A stretch of DNA of 32,000 nt. Origin: Candidatus Hermodarchaeota archaeon. Its GTDB lineage: Archaea > Asgardarchaeota > Hermodarchaeia > Hermodarchaeales > Hermodarchaeaceae. This document shows positions 9,162 through 17,624 of this stretch, one piece after another (the stretch's first letter is position 1; each line of letters opens with the position of its first letter). The notes below the pieces were generated by a model. It had not been told where the DNA came from. It ran no database searches and saw only the letters and a list, made by a program, of their open reading frames with translations. The DNA lies in contig JAEOTB010000091.1 in the NCBI GenBank assembly GCA_016840065.1, forward strand, positions 50,609 to 82,608, written 5' to 3'. A program made the translations under genes and the position numbers.

Positions 9162-10331
9162 TTACTCAAGCATTCCGAAATAGAGTTTTTCTAGCTGTCG
9201 GGTTGTTGGTTCTCGAGTGAATTTTCTTACTACACGTTCTCTTCCTGCCTTGCCTATTTTTGAACATAACGCGTGATTATCAAGTAGCTTTGAGATCTTC
9301 TCAGCTAATGCGACTGGATTGTTGGGCGGTACTAGATATCCAGTTTTACCATGATCAACAACGTAAGGAACGCCTCCAACATTAGTAGAGATAACAGGTT
9401 TTCCGCGAGCCATCGCCTCTAACAGAACTATGCCAAAAGCTTCAGATCTTGAGCGAGAAGGAAGTACGAACAGATCGCAGGCTGAATACATATCACGTAA
9501 AACTTCACGAGAAACCCTACCAAGAAAACGAGTTGAATCCGCAACACCTAATTGTTTACTCATTCTTAGAAGATGGGGATGTTCCGGCCCAGACCCTATC
9601 AAAACCAGCAGTGCTGACTGGTGTCGCTTCCTCACTCGACGAAACGCGTGTAGAAGCGTATGAAGACCTTTGTAAGGAACGAGTCTTCCAACAAACAGAA
9701 TTAGCTGAGAATCAGATGAAAAACCAAATTTCTTTCTCAAAGCAGAGGTATCACCTAGAGGTTCTAAGAAGAAAGGATCAACAACGGCAGGAATTACTGA
9801 GGTTTTTTCCTTGTATCTCTGGAGAAAGTTTGAGGTTTCAAGATATAGAGGAGAGGTCACAATAAGGCGGCTGGCAACACCTGCTGCTAAGTGACGAGAT
9901 AGCCAATAGATTTGTCCTAGCCACTTATGGAAGGAGGCGGGATTCGGCATAAGGTCGCTAAGAAGAGCGTCCGCATGATAGGTTATAGCTAAAGGAACAT
10001 TGAGAAGGCGGCTGACCATAGCAGTAAGATCCACAGTCATTGGAGAATTGATGTGTGCATGAATGATGTCGCTATCATCACGTAGTAGAGCGGTGAATAG
10101 TCCAGGCATAAAAGGATAGGAGAACGGACGGGCTACAGCGCGGTACCTGTGAACTTGGATTCCCTGCCAGATTTCTTGGTGAGGAGCTCCTAGAGTACGT
10201 GAGGTGTAGACTTTGACATGATGACCAGCGTCCACCAGGCCTTTAGCTAGGTTGTATGCATATGTTTCAATACCACCGACTACTGGCGGAAAATTATGAA
10301 CAACCTGTGTGATGTAGAGCTTTCTCTTCAT
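9162..10331 (-). CDS. GT4-family glycosyltransferase
   Basis: PSRSRSEAFGIVLLEAMARGKPVISTNVGGVP (E-x7-E). The ATG at 10331 (MKRKLYITQVV) is preferred over the GTG at 10343. Confidence 0.8.
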   Translation of the reverse strand: MKRKLYITQVVHNFPPVVGGIETYAYNLAKGLVDAGHHVKVYTSRTLGAPHQEIWQGIQVHRYRAVARPFSYPFMPGLFTALLRDDSDIIHAHINSPMTVDLTAMVSRLLNVPLAITYHADALLSDLMPNPASFHKWLGQIYWLSRHLAAGVASRLIVTSPLYLETSNFLQRYKEKTSVIPAVVDPFFLEPLGDTSALRKKFGFSSDSQLILFVGRLVPYKGLHTLLHAFRRVRKRHQSALLVLIGSGPEHPHLLRMSKQLGVADSTRFLGRVSREVLRDMYSACDLFVLPSRSRSEAFGIVLLEAMARGKPVISTNVGGVPYVVDHGKTGYLVPPNNPVALAEKISKLLDNHALCSKIGKAGRERVVRKFTREPTTRQLEKLYFGMLE

Positions 10332-10373
10332 CGGGTGGTACACATCATATCTTTTATTGGAAAATTATTGAGC

Positions 10374-10868
10374 CTAACTCGCTGTCACATTTAAGGGTAG
10401 GTGAACCCAGATACCCGTGTAACCTACAATAGCCGTTGTATAATCGTAGCGCCATAACTCGAATGTTAAGCGAAAGTTGATACCTAGCGTAGTCATGTTC
10501 AGTTCTGTAGAAAATAACCAACTGTCTCCGTGAAGGAGTATTCGTTCATATTCTTGAATCGTGGGCGCTGAGGATGGATTGGTGCTATTTGCCATCGTTG
10601 TGGGAGAAGCTAGTTTCACATATACATAGAAGTATTGGACAACTCCCATCTGGTTCTCAACTTCTATATAGAGAGAGACATTGCTGTTCTGTGTGATACT
10701 AGTTGGATAGCTTGTTTGTTGGTTTTCATCTAAGACGCTCAGTGTGGGCGTTAATTCTTGTGGAGGAAGTAGCCATAATGAAACGAGTAGAGTGCTTGTC
10801 GATATGACTATGGCAATCATCAGTATTGTTAGAACAGTTTGTCCATGTTTGTTCATTTGCCGCTTCAC
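10374..10868 (-). CDS. Membrane-anchored extracellular protein resembling the C-terminal soluble domain of DUF1616 proteins
   Basis: 164 aa with a single N-terminal TM. The segment LSVLDENQQTSYPTSITQNSNVSLYIEVENQMGVVQYFYVYVKL resembles the DUF1616 beta-rich domain as I recall it. There are four N-x-S/T sequons. It overlaps the upstream gene by 4 bp. Confidence 0.5.
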   Translation of the reverse strand: MKRQMNKHGQTVLTILMIAIVISTSTLLVSLWLLPPQELTPTLSVLDENQQTSYPTSITQNSNVSLYIEVENQMGVVQYFYVYVKLASPTTMANSTNPSSAPTIQEYERILLHGDSWLFSTELNMTTLGINFRLTFELWRYDYTTAIVGYTGIWVHLPLNVTAS

Positions 10869-11374
10869 TCCTCTTTTGGAAGGCGAATTTTCATTCTTAG
10901 GATTTCTCTTGTTTGCTGCCGTCTATGTTTTTTCCACCGCGTTATAAGCATATATGTAATGATTACTGCTGTTACGACTACAACACAAACAAGGAGTATC
11001 TGTGTGGCAGAGTTTGTAAGCGCAATTGCTAAACGTCTTTGCGCTTCATCAATAACACCTTCAGCAGTGTTCTGTGCACTTTCTGCAAGTTGGATAGCTG
11101 TAGTGAATTCTGATGCGTTAAAGGCAGCACGGGCCAAGTTAAGATTATTAATTGCCGTGTTTAGAGCCGATGCTAGATCTGTGATGTCGGCGCCCGCTAA
11201 ATCTGTTTGTGTGATTTGGTTAAAAGCTTCATAGATTGTTGTTTGCGCTGTGTCAATAGCTTGTTGTGCCTCGTTCTGAAAATCGGATTGTTTTAACGCT
11301 AAGGCTAGCCCATTTGAAAGGCCAATAATGCTCAAGCACAAGATAAGCACTAGGTAGGTTTTGCAGCGAGGCAT
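10865..11374 (-). CDS. Hypothetical signal-peptide, alpha-helical, C-terminally TM-anchored protein
   Basis: 169 aa. It has an N-terminal hydrophobic signal, a Q/A/T-rich helical ectodomain, then a TM (ILLVCVVVVTAVIITYMLI) and a basic tail. I recognised no family. Confidence 0.5.
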   Translation of the reverse strand: MPRCKTYLVLILCLSIIGLSNGLALALKQSDFQNEAQQAIDTAQTTIYEAFNQITQTDLAGADITDLASALNTAINNLNLARAAFNASEFTTAIQLAESAQNTAEGVIDEAQRRLAIALTNSATQILLVCVVVVTAVIITYMLITRWKKHRRQQTREILRMKIRLPKEE

Positions 11375-11460
11375 CGGCTTTCACTTCAATTAAGATTACC
11401 CTATTAGGAGAGTAAACGTAAAAAGAGTATTGCACCAAGGGAGCAGGCAGGCTGCTTGCG

Positions 11461-12096
11461 ATGTCTCCTATAAAAGAAGATAGTCATGTACCTGAGACAG
11501 TAAGACAATTGATTCTAGACGCATTACGTTCTCGTCGTTTCAACTCTGTCCGAGAAATTGTTCGCACACTTGAAGTATCTGGAGTAAAACAGACTGTAAC
11601 TCTTAGAGTTATTAAAGACCTTGCCAGAGAGGGAGAAGTCGTTCTCAATCCCCCTAGTGCTCCTGATGATGCGGTTATGGCACCAGTTACAAGCTTGAAG
11701 CACTATTTAGGGAGCACACTATCTATAGATTTATGGCTAACATTGCTACTACTAGCCCTAGGTATAACGACTCCATTCCTGATTCCCAACCTATTTCCTT
11801 TAGTAACTGTACGCTGGGTTTTCGCAGGCATATTCCTTGTGTTTATACCAGGGTTTGCTTTTGTACGTAGCCTCTACCCATTCGACCGTTTCATAGACTA
11901 CTGGGAACGGCTGGCCCTCTCTATTGGTCTTAGCATCGCCCTTGACGTTCTTGTTGCTTTTGCACTAAACTTCAGTCCTTGGGGAATAACGCCTTTACCA
12001 ACATCTGTTGGCCTGTCCTTTGTCACAATAACAGCAATTATGATCGCCACTTACCGCCGTGTAAGAGTTCTAGTGAAACCTAAAGGAAGTGAATAG
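11461..12096 (+). CDS. Winged-helix-like N-domain fused to a DUF1616-like polytopic membrane domain
   Basis: 211 aa. The first 65 aa or so (VRQLILDALRSRRFNSVREIVRTLEVSGVKQTVTLRVIKDLAREGEVV) look wHTH-like. They are followed by about four TMs containing FIPGFAFVRSLYPF...ERLALSIGLSIAL, reminiscent of the DUF1616 N-terminal region. Confidence 0.55.
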   Translation: MSPIKEDSHVPETVRQLILDALRSRRFNSVREIVRTLEVSGVKQTVTLRVIKDLAREGEVVLNPPSAPDDAVMAPVTSLKHYLGSTLSIDLWLTLLLLALGITTPFLIPNLFPLVTVRWVFAGIFLVFIPGFAFVRSLYPFDRFIDYWERLALSIGLSIALDVLVAFALNFSPWGITPLPTSVGLSFVTITAIMIATYRRVRVLVKPKGSE

Positions 12097-12118
12097 AAGA
12101 ACTCAGGAGCGAGTTATT

Positions 12119-13225
12119 CTATCTGAAATCAGTACCAGGATCAATCCGGGCGCCAGGAGGTACAATTGCGCCTGGATAGATAGTTGCACCATCACCTACA
12201 AGTTGAAATTCTTCAAGACGGATTTTGTCTCCGATTTTTGCGCCTTGCCCAATTACTGTATTTCTCAATACAACGCTTTCACCGATTTCCACGCAGTTAA
12301 AGATTACAGCATCACGAATTCTTGTACCCGCGCCAATAGTTACATTTCGACCTAGAGTGACATTTGGGCCAATCTCACAATCATTCCCTATTATCGTGTC
12401 TTTCCCTTTCCAATAAGGCCTGAGATATCGAACATTTCTACTACTTGTGGGACCGATGTACATCCTACGCACTGGCCCATGATGAGTGGGCGGCGACTCC
12501 CGATGAGATTGATTCGTGCTAGCAGCAAGGACTTCTTTATTGGCTTCTAGATAGGAGGAGGGTGTTCCGGTATCAATCCAGAGCCCTTTGTGTTCCCAAC
12601 CGTAGACGCGCCCTTTCTCGCATAGTAGTGGGAAGGTTTCTCGTTCGATAGACACCTTTCTTCCCAACGGTATATGATCAAGCACTGACTCGTCTAGCAC
12701 GTAGCAGCCTGCATTGATTAAATTACTTGGTGCCGTATCAGCAGGAGGTTTCTCGATAAAAGCAAGAATCTGCCCCTCCGATGTTATATCAACAACACCA
12801 TATCTGGAAGGGTCATCAACGCGGTAGAGCGCAATAGAAGCTTGAGCTTGATGGTAGCGATGGTGAACTAGAATTTGTTGATAGTTCATATCGGATACAA
12901 TATCACCGTTAAGTACGAAGAACTCGCCACTTCCACGAAGGTAATCCTCCGCTTGCCTAATTGGACCAGCTGTTCCTAGTGGTTCTTCTTCTAGTGAATA
13001 ATGAATGTTAACCCCAAGCCTTTCGCCATCGCCTAAAACTTCTTTAAGTGTATCAGGACGATAGCCAACCGCTAACACAATCTCTCTGAACTCCTGTTCT
13101 GCCAATCGCCCAATCATGTATTCGATAAGGGTTGTATTCCCCAATGGGAGAAGCTGCTTTGGACGTGTATAGGTGAGTGGTCTGAGGCGAGTCCCGAATC
13201 CGCCTACGAGAATAACAGCAATCAT
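12119..13225 (-). CDS. Sugar-1-phosphate nucleotidyltransferase with C-terminal left-handed beta-helix domain
   Basis: GGFGTRLRPLTYTRPKQLLP signature plus C-terminal hexapeptide-repeat sequence. The ATG at 13225 (MIAVILVGG) is preferred over the TTG at 13234. Sugar specificity cannot be called. Confidence 0.8.
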   Translation of the reverse strand: MIAVILVGGFGTRLRPLTYTRPKQLLPLGNTTLIEYMIGRLAEQEFREIVLAVGYRPDTLKEVLGDGERLGVNIHYSLEEEPLGTAGPIRQAEDYLRGSGEFFVLNGDIVSDMNYQQILVHHRYHQAQASIALYRVDDPSRYGVVDITSEGQILAFIEKPPADTAPSNLINAGCYVLDESVLDHIPLGRKVSIERETFPLLCEKGRVYGWEHKGLWIDTGTPSSYLEANKEVLAASTNQSHRESPPTHHGPVRRMYIGPTSSRNVRYLRPYWKGKDTIIGNDCEIGPNVTLGRNVTIGAGTRIRDAVIFNCVEIGESVVLRNTVIGQGAKIGDKIRLEEFQLVGDGATIYPGAIVPPGARIDPGTDFR

Positions 13226-13256
13226 ATCTATCAACTATTTTGTGTATTGCGAGCTG

Positions 13257-14675
13257 TTAGAGATAAGTGGTTTCGCCAGATTCCCAATAGTCTCTATCAC
13301 TGAAACCGAGGCGTTCCTGTTCCCATCTTAATAGACTCTGTGTGTTAGCAATTTGTGTAACAAAATCTATAATCTTCGCACTCACGTTCTCACCGTAGAG
13401 GTTGGGTATGGCACGCATTTGCCGATTCAAGTCTTTATTTTCCACAACTTCTTGAATCACCCTGAATACAACATCCGAGGTTATTGGTGGCGCGAGAACA
13501 TTCGCACCAGCAATAAGAGTTTCAGGTCTATCTGAATTGAAACGTAATGTCGCACAGGGAACATGAAGGATATTCGCTTCTTCTTGAATGCTGCCGCTAT
13601 CTGTGGCTATTGCTGCACAATCTTTCATAACACGGATTACATCAGTGTAGTAGGGCCATACTTCAGAGAACACGAGAGAAGAATGTTTTTCTGCGAATCT
13701 ACGTATCTTCCTCTCCAGCCCGTAGGCGCGAAGCGCGGTAAATGTCCCACCTAACGCAATCCAAAGGACCGTATACCCATTTTCAACAAGCCTTGTGACA
13801 GTATCATACAGGACTTTGAAACGGTGTTTAGAGACTATGTTTCCACGCCGATGAACGCAAAAACGAATCACTGAGCCCTCTTCTAAGATAGGATACCTTT
13901 CATATATTCGACTCGAAGCAGCTTTCCCTAGAGCGATGCGTAATGAGTCGCTTACAGTATTACCTACAACACGAACCCTATCCGCTGGAAAACCTTCTTC
14001 GAGAAGATTCTGCTGATTCAGCTTAACAGGTGCAAGGTGTAACCCAGAAACCGTCGCAGCTGTCCGGGTGTCGAATTGCTCTGGAAAAGGTTCAAGTGAA
14101 CCTTTATGCCATAGATCACGCTGTTGGAGCCGTTCATAGAACTCCTCAACAGAAATCTTGTCTTTTACTAACTGCTCCAATTGATTGGCACTCGGTGTTA
14201 GAGTTCTCAACCCCGCCTCAACATGAACTACAGGTGTATAGTTATTATAGCAAGCTACACCACCCGCGGCTGCTGTCGATGTATCGCCATGCACATATGG
14301 TAACAGAATTTTTTCTGGAGCTTCATGTCGTAACCTGTTCACTATGAAACCTAACCGCTCGATAATCTGGGCAATCTTCTGATAAAGCGACCCCCGAATA
14401 TTTAGAATGAAATCCGGTCGAACATTGAATTCTTCATGTAAAGCGCCTGATAGGTTCCAATCATAATGCTGCCCAGTGTGACCAAGTAATGCGAATTTAC
14501 CTTGACGCTGAAGCTCCAAGTACACAGGAAACTGTTTTATGAGATCAGGTTTTGTTGCGACCATCACTAGATGAACTAAACGATCTTGTGAAGCCCGAAT
14601 CTCCTCAAACAGACCTGAGCGAACTTGAAGCGGCGGTGTTTCAGGCGCTTCAACACTTAACTCTTCATACGACAA
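13257..14675 (-). CDS. UDP-N-acetylglucosamine 2-epimerase-like (WecB family)
   Basis: TKPDLIKQFPV...HTGQHYD...HVEAGLRT motifs. TTG start with an N-terminal extension of about 35 aa, so the start is uncertain. Confidence 0.8.
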   Translation of the reverse strand: MSYEELSVEAPETPPLQVRSGLFEEIRASQDRLVHLVMVATKPDLIKQFPVYLELQRQGKFALLGHTGQHYDWNLSGALHEEFNVRPDFILNIRGSLYQKIAQIIERLGFIVNRLRHEAPEKILLPYVHGDTSTAAAGGVACYNNYTPVVHVEAGLRTLTPSANQLEQLVKDKISVEEFYERLQQRDLWHKGSLEPFPEQFDTRTAATVSGLHLAPVKLNQQNLLEEGFPADRVRVVGNTVSDSLRIALGKAASSRIYERYPILEEGSVIRFCVHRRGNIVSKHRFKVLYDTVTRLVENGYTVLWIALGGTFTALRAYGLERKIRRFAEKHSSLVFSEVWPYYTDVIRVMKDCAAIATDSGSIQEEANILHVPCATLRFNSDRPETLIAGANVLAPPITSDVVFRVIQEVVENKDLNRQMRAIPNLYGENVSAKIIDFVTQIANTQSLLRWEQERLGFSDRDYWESGETTYL

Positions 14676-14842
14676 CTACAACACCTACAATCTTATTTAT
14701 CGAGAGAGAATGAATTCCTATACAAAGCTGTATCTCAAATTCACATCGAATCCACCAAGAAATTGTAATCCGATTAACGGCAAAACTTAAGAACAAGACT
14801 CACTAAGGCAACGCTAAATCCCCATTTGAGGGAAACGTAACA

Positions 14843-15160
14843 ATGGGCCGAGACAAAATCTATGGTTTCCTTATCCTCTTATTCGCCATCCTCTTCGCAC
14901 TGTATTATACTTTCTGGGCGATGCTCTATCCATTCATGTACTATTCCATGGCTCCCGCTTCGTGGACAACACATCCATGGTATCAATGGTTCAGCTGGAT
15001 TCCACTAATTTCCTATGAACCATACTTCGCAGTCGCTATTCCCCTATGGATTGCCATCGTTCTGATTCTCTTCATTATTGCTTGGATCGGTTGGACAATG
15101 TTGACCACTCCGCCTCCTATTCCTCTTGAAGAGATTGAAGAAGACGAGGAGTCTGGCTAG
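14843..15160 (+). CDS. Small two-TM membrane protein with DPM2-like motifs and an acidic C-tail
   Basis: 105 aa. TM1 ends in LYYTFWAMLYPF. TM2 begins YFAVAIPLWIAIVLILF. The tail is EEIEEDEESG. The DPM2 resemblance comes from remembered sequence only. Confidence 0.6.
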   Translation: MGRDKIYGFLILLFAILFALYYTFWAMLYPFMYYSMAPASWTTHPWYQWFSWIPLISYEPYFAVAIPLWIAIVLILFIIAWIGWTMLTTPPPIPLEEIEEDEESG

Positions 15161-15215
15161 TAAGAGTAGCAAGCGAAAGATAGCAGCCATCAACTCACAA
15201 GCTGAGTTGAATCTA

Positions 15216-15263
15216 TTGGCACACCCATTTTGGAAAAGGGGAGTGCCAATTACCCATTTTTTC
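15216..15263 (+). terminator. Hairpin plus T-tract between convergent genes
   Basis: TTGGCAC(a)CCC...GGG(ga)GTGCCAA forms an imperfect stem at 15216-15249. It is followed by TTACCCATTTTTTCTT. Confidence 0.35.
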
Positions 15264-15381
15264 TTATCACATTGGTTCTAGAGTTATATTCTGTCTCTTA
15301 CTAACGCTCGTGCAATTACAACCTCTTCATCAGAGAAAGGAAGTATATAGGCGGATCTTAATGTATTTGGAGAATAGATGG

Positions 15382-15615
15382 CTAGGGAGTAGTGCTGTCT
15401 TCAGTAGAGAGGATTTGGCGCCAAAGGTCAAGGGTTTTCTCCGCTTCGCTGCGGTCCACTTTCTGAATTGCATACCCGGTGTGAACGAGAACATAGTCAC
15501 CAACAACCGCGTCTGGGAGAAGGGCAAGGGATATGACACGGGTGACGCCACCAAAGTCGACTGTAGCCTTATCTTCTTCGATTGAGAGTATCCGGGCGGG
15601 AATTGCAAGGCACAT
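15382..15615 (-). CDS. hypC: [NiFe]-hydrogenase maturation chaperone HypC/HupF
   Basis: 77 aa beginning MCLAIPARI with the conserved N-terminal Cys2, and VGDYVLVHTGYAI. Confidence 0.85.
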   Translation of the reverse strand: MCLAIPARILSIEEDKATVDFGGVTRVISLALLPDAVVGDYVLVHTGYAIQKVDRSEAEKTLDLWRQILSTEDSTTP

Positions 15616-15712
15616 TTATTGTCACCTAGAATTCTAAGCGAGTAGTGTTATTGACGTGACGACGGATGCTTCTTAAGCCTTGTTACATTGCTAGAGTGGA
15701 TGTGAAAGTACT

Positions 15713-16669
15713 TTGAATCCAAAAAGAGTGCAGTTGTTGGCAAAGCGTTTTGGTTATCAAGAATATATGGTTGAACGGTATTTCGCACTTTTTGGTGAAG
15801 AAACAGAGGTATTTCTAGAAGGTAATGATCAGCCTCTTCTGAAGACGATTCGATGTAATACACTAGCTATCAAACCTGAGATATTGGTGGCACGGCTAAA
15901 GAAGAAGGGATTCACCTTAGAGGCTATCCAAGATATTGATTATGCGTTTCGTGTAATAGCAGGGAAATTCCCACTGGGAGCAACAACGGAATACCTTCTT
16001 GGGTATTATTTTTTGCAAAGTGTAGCATCTATGTGGGCAGTAGAGGTTCTGAACCCGCGGGATTCTAGTTTTGTAGTGGATATGTGTGCCGCTCCAGGTG
16101 GTAAAACTACCCACATCGCTCAATTGATGGGAAATTCCGGAGCGCTGCTAATAACAGATATCAGTCGAACTCGGATGCGAGGGCTCCGTTCAAATTTATC
16201 GAGGATGAGAATTGAGAACGTATTGGCAATAAGGGTAGACGCAGCACGACTACCTGAAACAGAGGTCAAAGCAGATAAGATACTGCTTGATGCCCCGTGT
16301 ACTGGTGAGGGTTTAATCCCACTAGACCCAAAGAGAAAGCAGAGCAGAAGTCTAGAGGATATCAATACCATGGCATCAGTCCAGCGGAAATTAATTATTG
16401 CCGCATCCAAGTTACTCAAGGAGGGGGGAACTTTGGTCTATTCGACCTGTTCCTTTGCCCCAGAAGAAAACGAAGAAATCATTGACTATGCCTTACAACA
16501 TTGTCACCTTCGCGTTGTAGATACAGGTCTGACTTTTGGTAATCCTGGTCTGACAAGACCTTTTGGTCGCGTTATGGACGATTCGCTTGTCAAAGCTCGT
16601 CGCTTTTATCCTTACAAACACAAAATGGAGGGATTCTTCATATGCAAACTGGAAAAGGTCACCGTTTAG
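15713..16669 (+). CDS. NOL1/NOP2/Sun-family RNA (cytosine-C5)-methyltransferase
   Basis: SAM-binding motif DMCAAPGGKT, catalytic motifs ILLDAPCTGEG and TLVYSTCS. TTG start. Confidence 0.85.
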   Translation: MNPKRVQLLAKRFGYQEYMVERYFALFGEETEVFLEGNDQPLLKTIRCNTLAIKPEILVARLKKKGFTLEAIQDIDYAFRVIAGKFPLGATTEYLLGYYFLQSVASMWAVEVLNPRDSSFVVDMCAAPGGKTTHIAQLMGNSGALLITDISRTRMRGLRSNLSRMRIENVLAIRVDAARLPETEVKADKILLDAPCTGEGLIPLDPKRKQSRSLEDINTMASVQRKLIIAASKLLKEGGTLVYSTCSFAPEENEEIIDYALQHCHLRVVDTGLTFGNPGLTRPFGRVMDDSLVKARRFYPYKHKMEGFFICKLEKVTV

Positions 16670-17190
16670 TCTTTGAACCACCAACATCGACCGAGCTGAG
16701 GATAATCCTCGAAAGTTTTCAACGGTTTATGAACCCTAGTGATATCAGGTTATTACTGAAGGATAAACGCATCCTTATTGTTCGTGGACGTCGGCTGGAA
16801 GTGTATTTGGTATCGAACACTTTGTGGAACCTTTACACATCGGTAAAAGAATGGCGCCACCCTTATTTTATCGGACTGTTCTTAGGGGAGATTCGAGGTA
16901 AGATCCTCCAACCAAGCCTTCACGTTTGTCATAGACTTTCATCAAAACCAGTAAGTGAAGCGGTCGTCGTCGTTACCCCACAAGGAGAACAGAGATTTCT
17001 CTACGGTAAAAACTTGGAAAATAATCATCTAGAGAAGCAGCCAAAAGAAGAAATTGCTAATTTGGAAGTAATTGTATTGAATCGACAAGGAGAAGGTCTT
17101 GGTTTTGGGAAATTGAAACAAGAGTCTGGAGAAAAAATAACGCTACAGAATCGCAAGGACCTAGGATGGTATCTTCGAATGGGTGGATAA
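16642..17190 (+). CDS. Nip7 homologue (pre-PUA plus PUA domain ribosome-biogenesis factor)
   Basis: 182 aa and collinear with remembered eukaryotic NIP7: PPTSTELRIILESF, EVYLVSN, GEQRFLYGKN, GLGFGKL, DLGWYLR. Its ATG lies 28 nt inside the 3' end of the upstream methyltransferase gene. Confidence 0.8.
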   Translation: MQTGKGHRLVFEPPTSTELRIILESFQRFMNPSDIRLLLKDKRILIVRGRRLEVYLVSNTLWNLYTSVKEWRHPYFIGLFLGEIRGKILQPSLHVCHRLSSKPVSEAVVVVTPQGEQRFLYGKNLENNHLEKQPKEEIANLEVIVLNRQGEGLGFGKLKQESGEKITLQNRKDLGWYLRMGG

Positions 17191-17200
17191 AAACGGGAAT

Positions 17201-17222
17201 GAGGCGGCATCTTAGCCGCCTC
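17201..17222. terminator. Perfect 8-bp GC-rich hairpin between convergent nip7 and P1 genes
   Basis: GAGGCGGC-ATCTTA-GCCGCCTC sits centrally in the 42-nt gap between the two stop codons. Confidence 0.4.
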
Positions 17223-17232
17223 GACTAGTAAC

Positions 17233-17523
17233 CTAACCGAAGAGCGCTCCAAGCCCAGTGACTTCTTCTTCCTTCGGCTTTTCTTCTTCCTTGGGTTTGG
17301 CTTCTTCTTTTGGCTTCGCTGCTGCGCTTGCAGGAGCTGCAGCCGCGACGGGGGCTGCTTTGAGAGCTTCCTCAATATCAATTCCCTTTAAGGCTGCGAC
17401 TAACGCTTTCACACGACCTTCGTCGGGTTTAACGCCAGCAGCACTTAGAACCTTAGTTAGACTTGCATCGGTAATTGATTTACCAGCCTTATGAAGTACC
17501 ATTGCTGAATAGACATATTCCAT
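17233..17523 (-). CDS. rpl12: Ribosomal stalk protein P1 (aP1/L12)
   Basis: [15 protein letters not shown]... ends in the K/E-rich linker [18 protein letters not shown] and the conserved tail GLGALFG. The ATG at 17523 has GGAGG 8 nt upstream. The track ORF start at 17580 is likely an over-extension. Confidence 0.9.
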   Translation of the reverse strand: MEYVYSAMVLHKAGKSITDASLTKVLSAAGVKPDEGRVKALVAALKGIDIEEALKAAPVAAAAPASAAAKPKEEAKPKEEEKPKEEEVTGLGALFG

Positions 17524-17624
17524 GATTCGTTGTCCTCCATAGTTTTCCATAAAGGGACAGTTGTTTCGTTTGAGGGGCAATGCTTCCTAAATTGCGTATT
17601 TTAACCTTTCGTCTTGTCAGACTT

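Noticed and set aside
15382-15615. hypC standing alone without other hyp or hydrogenase genes
   Set aside because: Scattered hyp genes are common in archaeal genomes. The rest of the pathway may lie outside the window, so nothing here is anomalous.
17258-17494. A 78-aa plus-strand ORF antisense to P1
   Set aside because: It is the mirror of the Ala/Lys/Glu low-complexity linker of the stalk protein and is not independent coding sequence.
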